64,000 nt of DNA. Source: an uncultured Candidatus Saccharibacteria bacterium (GTDB lineage Bacteria; Patescibacteriota; WWE3; UBA101185; UBA10185). The notes beneath the pieces were generated by a model. It was given only the letters and a program-made list of their open reading frames with translations. It searched no databases and was not told the origin of the DNA. The stretch lies in contig CAZILK010000002.1 of NCBI GenBank assembly GCA_964540135.1, positions 33,074-97,073 of the forward strand, given 5' to 3'. Every line of letters begins with the position of its first letter. Positions within the stretch are counted from its first letter, which is position 1. Below are positions 58,900 to 64,000 of the stretch, piece by piece. Made by a program: the position numbers and the translations under genes.

Positions 58900-59278
58900 T
58901 ACTAACTTAATAATTAGATTTTTAACAAACGACTCAGCTCTACAATCAGGTAAAGTTAGGGATTTGTTAAGCAATTCCTCAAAAGGCGATGTAGAAATAC
59001 CAGATATTGTGTTGGCAGAGATAATTTACGTTCTCCTTTCGGTTTACAAGCTTGCAAAAGAAGATGTGGTGGAAAAAGTCTCATTACTTATTGAACTAGA
59101 CTCAATTTCTTGTAACAAAAAGCTGATTAGAAAGGCTCTGGACTTATTTAATACTTTTCACATCTCATATATCGATGCGTATTTGGGTGCTTTAGTTGTA
59201 ACAAGAAAAAACACTAAACTGTATACCTTCGACAGGAAGCTAGTGAAGGTTTTAGGTAAAAGCGCAGTGGAACCTTAG
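58877..59278 (+). CDS. PIN-domain toxin (VapC-like)
   Basis: LDTN, LAE, YIDA, YTFDRK; overlaps the antitoxin gene. Confidence 0.9.
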   Translation: MKKLPILDTNLIIRFLTNDSALQSGKVRDLLSNSSKGDVEIPDIVLAEIIYVLLSVYKLAKEDVVEKVSLLIELDSISCNKKLIRKALDLFNTFHISYIDAYLGALVVTRKNTKLYTFDRKLVKVLGKSAVEP

Positions 59279-59436
59279 CAGTACCCACCATAACGAATTT
59301 ATACTTCCTTTAAAGAAAAGGTTCTAAGAACTTCCAACTCCCCTCCCCATAGATTAAAATTTGTCTTTTTAGAAGATATTTCGCGATCTCTTAATATAAC
59401 TGGAATTGTTGATTGCCTTTTGTTAATATTGCGACT

Positions 59437-60137
59437 ATGAGAACAACTCAAGTTTACTACCAAGATCCATACCTCAAAGAGCTAGACGCGACAGTTATAT
59501 CCGTTGAACAAAAGGCGCTTTACTTAATGTCATTTTGGATAAAACCATCTTTTATCCTGAAGGCGGCGGACAGCCCTCCGATAAAGGTATGGTTGGCACA
59601 TCTAGGATTGAGTATGTAAGGAATATTGACGGTGAGGTTGTTCACCAAGTAAAAGGTGAGCTAACTGTTGGCTCGACTGTAACTTGTGTACTTGACTGGA
59701 ACTGGCGATACAAACACATGAAAATTCAAACAGCAGGACATCTAATCCACGATGTTCTAACTTCAAAAACAAGTAACTTGGTACCAACACAAGGTAGTCA
59801 CGGTAAAAAAGCCTATATTGAGTATTTGGGTAACTACGATCCGTTGCACAAAGACGAACTAGAGGCAGAGGTGAATGCGGTATTGCAAAAAGATCTACCT
59901 GTTGTTACACGAGAAACAACATATGAAGAACTAGAAAAGCTTTGTAAGTTTCTTCCGCCTAATTTACCAAAGAATAAATCTCTACGTATGATTCAAATTG
60001 GCGACTTCTCTCCAATGCCTGACGGTGGTGTACAAGTTAAAGCAACAAAAGAGATTGGAAAGATCTGGATTGCAAGTATTGTGAACCAAGAGGACAAAAC
60101 TACCATTCGTTACGGGGTAGTGGGTAGTGAAAACTAA
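59437..60137 (+). pseudogene. AlaX-like alanyl-tRNA editing protein with a -1 frameshift
   Basis: YYQDPYLKE from ATG 59437; one A missing at 59510-59513; continues LDKTIFYPEGGGQPSDKG, QTAGH, DGGVQV...EIG. Confidence 0.8.
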
Positions 60138-60138
60138 C

Positions 60139-60681
60139 TTAGTGCCTAATTGCTTGAAGAATCTCACTTATCGATCCCTCTACTGTTTTGTTTGTTGTAT
60201 CAACTTCTAGTCTCGATGGGAAATTAATTACCAGTTCTGCATATACACGCCTCACTTCTTCCAAGAAGGCTAGATTCTCAAACTTATTTGTAGTACTTCT
60301 GGCATCTAATCTATTCTTTATCTGTTCTTTTGTAGCGGTTAGGTAGATTAATTTATCCGGCATTAAGATATCCGGAAAGCGTAGTCTCATTCTTAACAAC
60401 ACTGAATGATAGGCAATAGTTGAAAAGACATACCAATCGCAAACAACACTAGTGTTTTTAAGTAGAGATTTAATTTCGTATTGGGCAATATAATTGCCTA
60501 CTAAGTAGTAAAGATACCGAAATAGATAAGGGGAACTGTCTGCAAGTCGCCTTATAGGAAGTATTAATTTGGGTGGACATCTGTAATATCTTGCACCAAG
60601 CCTTCTAGCTAGCTCTTTTGATATCGAGGACTTGCCTGTTCCATCAACTCCTTCTACCACAATAAATAGATTATTAGCCAC
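60139..60681 (-). CDS. thymidylate-kinase-family (CMPK2-like) nucleotide kinase
   Basis: EGVDGTGKS, YYLVGNY, CDWYVFSTIAY, PDKLIYL. Confidence 0.8.
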   Translation of the reverse strand: MANNLFIVVEGVDGTGKSSISKELARRLGARYYRCPPKLILPIRRLADSSPYLFRYLYYLVGNYIAQYEIKSLLKNTSVVCDWYVFSTIAYHSVLLRMRLRFPDILMPDKLIYLTATKEQIKNRLDARSTTNKFENLAFLEEVRRVYAELVINFPSRLEVDTTNKTVEGSISEILQAIRH

Positions 60682-60800
60682 CTACTTATTATAATATAAA
60701 ATATCTGCTTGTTACTGAAAGCTCTAGATGAGTTCCCTTCTCAATTGCTCTAGGTTTTATACCAGATGACTGCTTTCAAGATTTTCGCTATATTGTTTGT

Positions 60801-61226
60801 ATGGACATATTTGAGATTGTTAAAAGCTTGGAATTTCCTTTAGGTAGCTACATTGTTGTTGGCAGCGGACACCTTATTGCGCTTGGCCTTAAAGACTTTA
60901 AAGATGTTGATATTGTGGTTACACCGGAAGTTTTTGCAGAGTGTTGTCGTGATCCTCATTGGGAACAAATCCCTTGGACATATCCTGAGAAGATTGGACA
61001 TATATTTTTAAGACAAGGTGTTGTTGAGCTTTACGAAGATGTGAACTCAGGCTCTTTTAATCCAACAACGGATGAGCTTCTTGAAAGAGCGGCAATTATT
61101 AATGGGGTGGCTTTTGTCTCACTTGAAGACACTCTTAACTTTAAAAAAGAGTACTGTAAAAAGAATCCAAAACACTTAGCAGACATTAATCTTATTGAGC
61201 AGTATTTAGCTAGTAAAAGCCTCTAG
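60801..61226 (+). CDS. small nucleotidyltransferase-fold protein
   Basis: VVGSG...DVDIVV, KHLADI. Confidence 0.65.
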   Translation: MDIFEIVKSLEFPLGSYIVVGSGHLIALGLKDFKDVDIVVTPEVFAECCRDPHWEQIPWTYPEKIGHIFLRQGVVELYEDVNSGSFNPTTDELLERAAIINGVAFVSLEDTLNFKKEYCKKNPKHLADINLIEQYLASKSL

Positions 61227-61279
61227 TAGAAGTTTTCAAAATCATTCCATTTCCTATTTTAATCTTGTAGACTTTACTC

Positions 61280-62065
61280 ATGCCAAACCACAAAAGATTC
61301 CAATTGATCTCACTTACAGTTTTAGTTCTTATAACAGGTCTTACTATAGCTTTTTTTATAAGTGTTAAGAGAAATGAAGGTAAAATTGTTCAGCAAAACA
61401 CAATTGTAATTGAAAATAATCTGCCAGATACTAAAACTACTGGGAATGAAAGTTACAAAGCTTTGAATGTTAAGGTTGAGGACTATTTCTGGGATGTTGA
61501 AAAACGAGAGGATAGTGGTTTGGAACAATCAGAAATACCGGAAATTGTTGAAGGTGCAAATAAACTCCTTGCAGCAAAATTAGGTGAAGAGTTTTTTGAT
61601 TCGTACGTGAAATACAGCCCAGAGAGATCTGCAAAGTATGGAAGTCTTGGTCAATACGACTTAACCTACATAGTTACGATACCTGAAAAAGATATCGCAT
61701 TTAAAACAACGTCGCATCCGGTTGTTATTAATTTAAGTCTAAATCAAGACTTATCTTTAGTACTTCCAGAACAATTAGAAGACTTACCAAACTGCGTCTT
61801 ATTGATGGATTGCCTAAGCTATCTTGATAAACAAGCAGCACTAGAAGCAGCAGCGAGTGATATCAAAAAAAGAAACATTAAAGTTACAGATATTACACTT
61901 GACTGGGATTTGAAAACTAAAGAATGGTATATAAACTATTTAGTCTCGAAAGAAACTATGAAAGAGTGTGAATTTGATTTAGGAGGAAATGTTACTTTAT
62001 ACTTTGACGCTGTTAAAAACGAGATTACAAAGACCGAAGAAGCGTGTAATGTTCCGGGGCTTTAA
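61280..62065 (+). CDS. hypothetical membrane-anchored protein
   Basis: N-terminal TM helix, four Cys in the extracellular part. Confidence 0.7.
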   Translation: MPNHKRFQLISLTVLVLITGLTIAFFISVKRNEGKIVQQNTIVIENNLPDTKTTGNESYKALNVKVEDYFWDVEKREDSGLEQSEIPEIVEGANKLLAAKLGEEFFDSYVKYSPERSAKYGSLGQYDLTYIVTIPEKDIAFKTTSHPVVINLSLNQDLSLVLPEQLEDLPNCVLLMDCLSYLDKQAALEAAASDIKKRNIKVTDITLDWDLKTKEWYINYLVSKETMKECEFDLGGNVTLYFDAVKNEITKTEEACNVPGL

Positions 62066-62086
62066 TTAATATAGATAAACACCGTG

Positions 62087-62674
62087 CTAATCAATGTAGT
62101 TATATAAGTCTTCGTGAACTCTCTTGTAAGTGACAAGCTCGTCTTTACTAAACCAAAGCTCTATTTCTCTTTCAGCCTCTTCAACACTTCCTGATGCATG
62201 TACTAGGTTATATATGTTTCTTTTACTGCTGTTTGCAGCAATAGCACTCTCAAGTGCAAAATCCCCTCTTATAGTTCCGGGTACTGCTTTAAAAGGCACT
62301 GTGTGACCTACAAACGCCCGAATATTCAACACTGCAGAAGGTCCTTCTAAAACCATCGCAATAACAGGCCCTGACTTTAAAAATGCAACATTATAGCCCC
62401 AAATTAGTTTCCCGATTTCAAGAGGATCTGCTGTTCCCATACTCGCTATAATATCAATATTATTTTCTTCACAGTCTTTAACTGTGTTATTACCCATACC
62501 AGTGAGTTGCTTGTCTGTTGTTAGATAGTGTTTTTTGACCATCTCGTCATTCGGTACAAGCATCTTAAGACCAACTATTTTAAGCCCAGCTCGCTCAAAT
62601 CTATGAAGTATTTCCCCAGTGATGCCTCTTTTAATAGCATCTTGTTTTAAGAGAACTAGCGACCTTTCAATCAT
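62087..62674 (-). CDS. ndk: nucleoside diphosphate kinase
   Basis: ERSLVLLKQDA, SGPV, PGTIRGDF, NLVHAS, EIELWF. Confidence 0.95.
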   Translation of the reverse strand: MIERSLVLLKQDAIKRGITGEILHRFERAGLKIVGLKMLVPNDEMVKKHYLTTDKQLTGMGNNTVKDCEENNIDIIASMGTADPLEIGKLIWGYNVAFLKSGPVIAMVLEGPSAVLNIRAFVGHTVPFKAVPGTIRGDFALESAIAANSSKRNIYNLVHASGSVEEAEREIELWFSKDELVTYKRVHEDLYNYID

Positions 62675-62722
62675 GGAGTAAGATTAGCAAACTTGCATTA
62701 AAAGCACCACACTTTTTTAAAG

Positions 62723-63808
62723 TTACAACAGCTGCTCAGTCATTGTATAAGAACCATCAGCTCTCACTCTTAAGATACTAAATCTCGAAGTCTGCAAAAG
62801 CGACTGAGGTTTATCATTTATTGTCTTAGTAACTGCACCAACAACATAGTGCATCAAGCTCTCTTTTTGAGGATCAATATTCTCAGAAGATAAGTGGTGA
62901 TCCCCGGCAATCACAGCTTTTACGTTACTACTCCTAACTAATTCAAGCATGGCGTCTGCTTGTTCTCTAACAGTAAGAATATTCTCACCATCAGAGTTAC
63001 CCATAACCTTATTTGATGGGTGATACAAAGGTTGAGATAGTATGACAAAATCTGCGTCTGTTACTTCACTTTTAAACCAAGTAAAGTCACTCTCTGGTAC
63101 TCTTGAGAAATTCCTACTGTTATCAAAAACTACAAACTTCACGTCTCCCAGTTTAAAAGCGTGTTTATTATCTCCGAAAACTTTAATAAAATTTTCAGGT
63201 CCTGTAGTTTCCCATAAGTCGCGATCGCCGGGTATAACATAGTAAGGAACAGAACTTAAATCTAATTCTTGTTTTGCCGCTTCTAAATCAGCAATTAACC
63301 CAAGATCGGTCACATCGCCGGTATGAATTATTGCATCCACTTCTTGATTCTGTGCTAATATTAACGAAGCCTTTAAGTTTGATGAGTCGTTATGTGAATC
63401 TGCAAAAATAGCGATTGTAATATTATCAGCCTCTGTCTTATTAGCAATGTCCTGCTCATCAGTGCTAATACCTGTAGATGTGCTTGTATCAGAAGCCTCT
63501 GCGTTGTTTTCTTGAGGGACCTCCTCTTCAACAGCAGCGGCAATCTCCTGGCGATTTACAACTTCAGAATTATATTTTTCATAGCCTTTTGTCAACATCC
63601 CGGCAACCTGCCCTACCTTTGAATCAGCCGGAATTCTTCTTGAATAGTCATAAAAAACAAGCTGCGGATTTTTCTCTGATAAAAACTTCATACCGTAAGA
63701 TATAGAGAAAACAAAAACAGATATTATTGTTATAGATACAAACGACCTCGTAAACCTTGCAAATAAACTCTTCTTTTTAGTTGTCTCTGATGAGTGTCTT
63801 CTTAACAT
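62723..63808 (-). CDS. membrane-anchored calcineurin-like metallophosphoesterase
   Basis: ADSH, HTGD, PGDRD, AGDHH; N-terminal TM helix. Confidence 0.85.
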   Translation of the reverse strand: MLRRHSSETTKKKSLFARFTRSFVSITIISVFVFSISYGMKFLSEKNPQLVFYDYSRRIPADSKVGQVAGMLTKGYEKYNSEVVNRQEIAAAVEEEVPQENNAEASDTSTSTGISTDEQDIANKTEADNITIAIFADSHNDSSNLKASLILAQNQEVDAIIHTGDVTDLGLIADLEAAKQELDLSSVPYYVIPGDRDLWETTGPENFIKVFGDNKHAFKLGDVKFVVFDNSRNFSRVPESDFTWFKSEVTDADFVILSQPLYHPSNKVMGNSDGENILTVREQADAMLELVRSSNVKAVIAGDHHLSSENIDPQKESLMHYVVGAVTKTINDKPQSLLQTSRFSILRVRADGSYTMTEQLL

Positions 63809-64000
63809 ATCAAACCTTTTCCGTAGCTTTTATACCTAAAATACTAAGCCCGTTATGTAATACTATTTTAACTCCATATGTTATGAAAAGTCTAAAATCT
63901 CGCAATTGTAACGGCTGTGAGGTTAGTACAGGCACATCATTATAAAAGTTATTAAACAATTTAGACAGCTTGAAAAGATACTCGCACAATATACTTGGTG

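Noticed and set aside
1-64000. Alternative genetic code 25 (TGA=Gly)
   Set aside because: Core genes are full length under code 11 and several (dprA, def, GNAT, folD) end at TGA

Overview
AT-rich bacterial chromosome segment. Short EF-Ts, two MreB paralogues, a GH57/GlgA cluster, PEGA and sortase genes and many probable leaderless genes point to a Patescibacteria (CPR) genome, plausibly WWE3/Microgenomates-like; this is an inference. TGA acts as a stop (code 11). Core blocks are recR-dnaX-pth-ybeY-rpsU, rpsB-tsf-frr-rseP, mreBCD-mrdA-dprA-topA, def-fmt, rpmB, murA/murB/folD, secE-nusG-rplKA-rplJL, a glycogen cluster, six tRNAs and ndk. About 20.7 kb separates the normally linked tRNA-Trp and secE. 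That interval holds (i) a cluster of DNA-binding/enzyme fusions: HTH-CYTH, wHTH fused to an apparently dead D-2-hydroxyacid dehydrogenase paired with an intact paralogue, and an NDT-like-RHH fusion with palindromic operator candidates; (ii) an operon of tandem cytidylyltransferase, dCMP deaminase and an MtrA-like/ThyA/DUF4346 fusion; and (iii) an unannotated rod-shaped ncRNA with its own promoter and terminator (6S RNA candidate) upstream of folD. Four non-core genes carry single frameshifts. A second small accessory block after tRNA-Ser holds vapBC, a non-canonical AlaX and a CMPK2-like kinase. All family calls come from reading motifs by eye, not from database searches.
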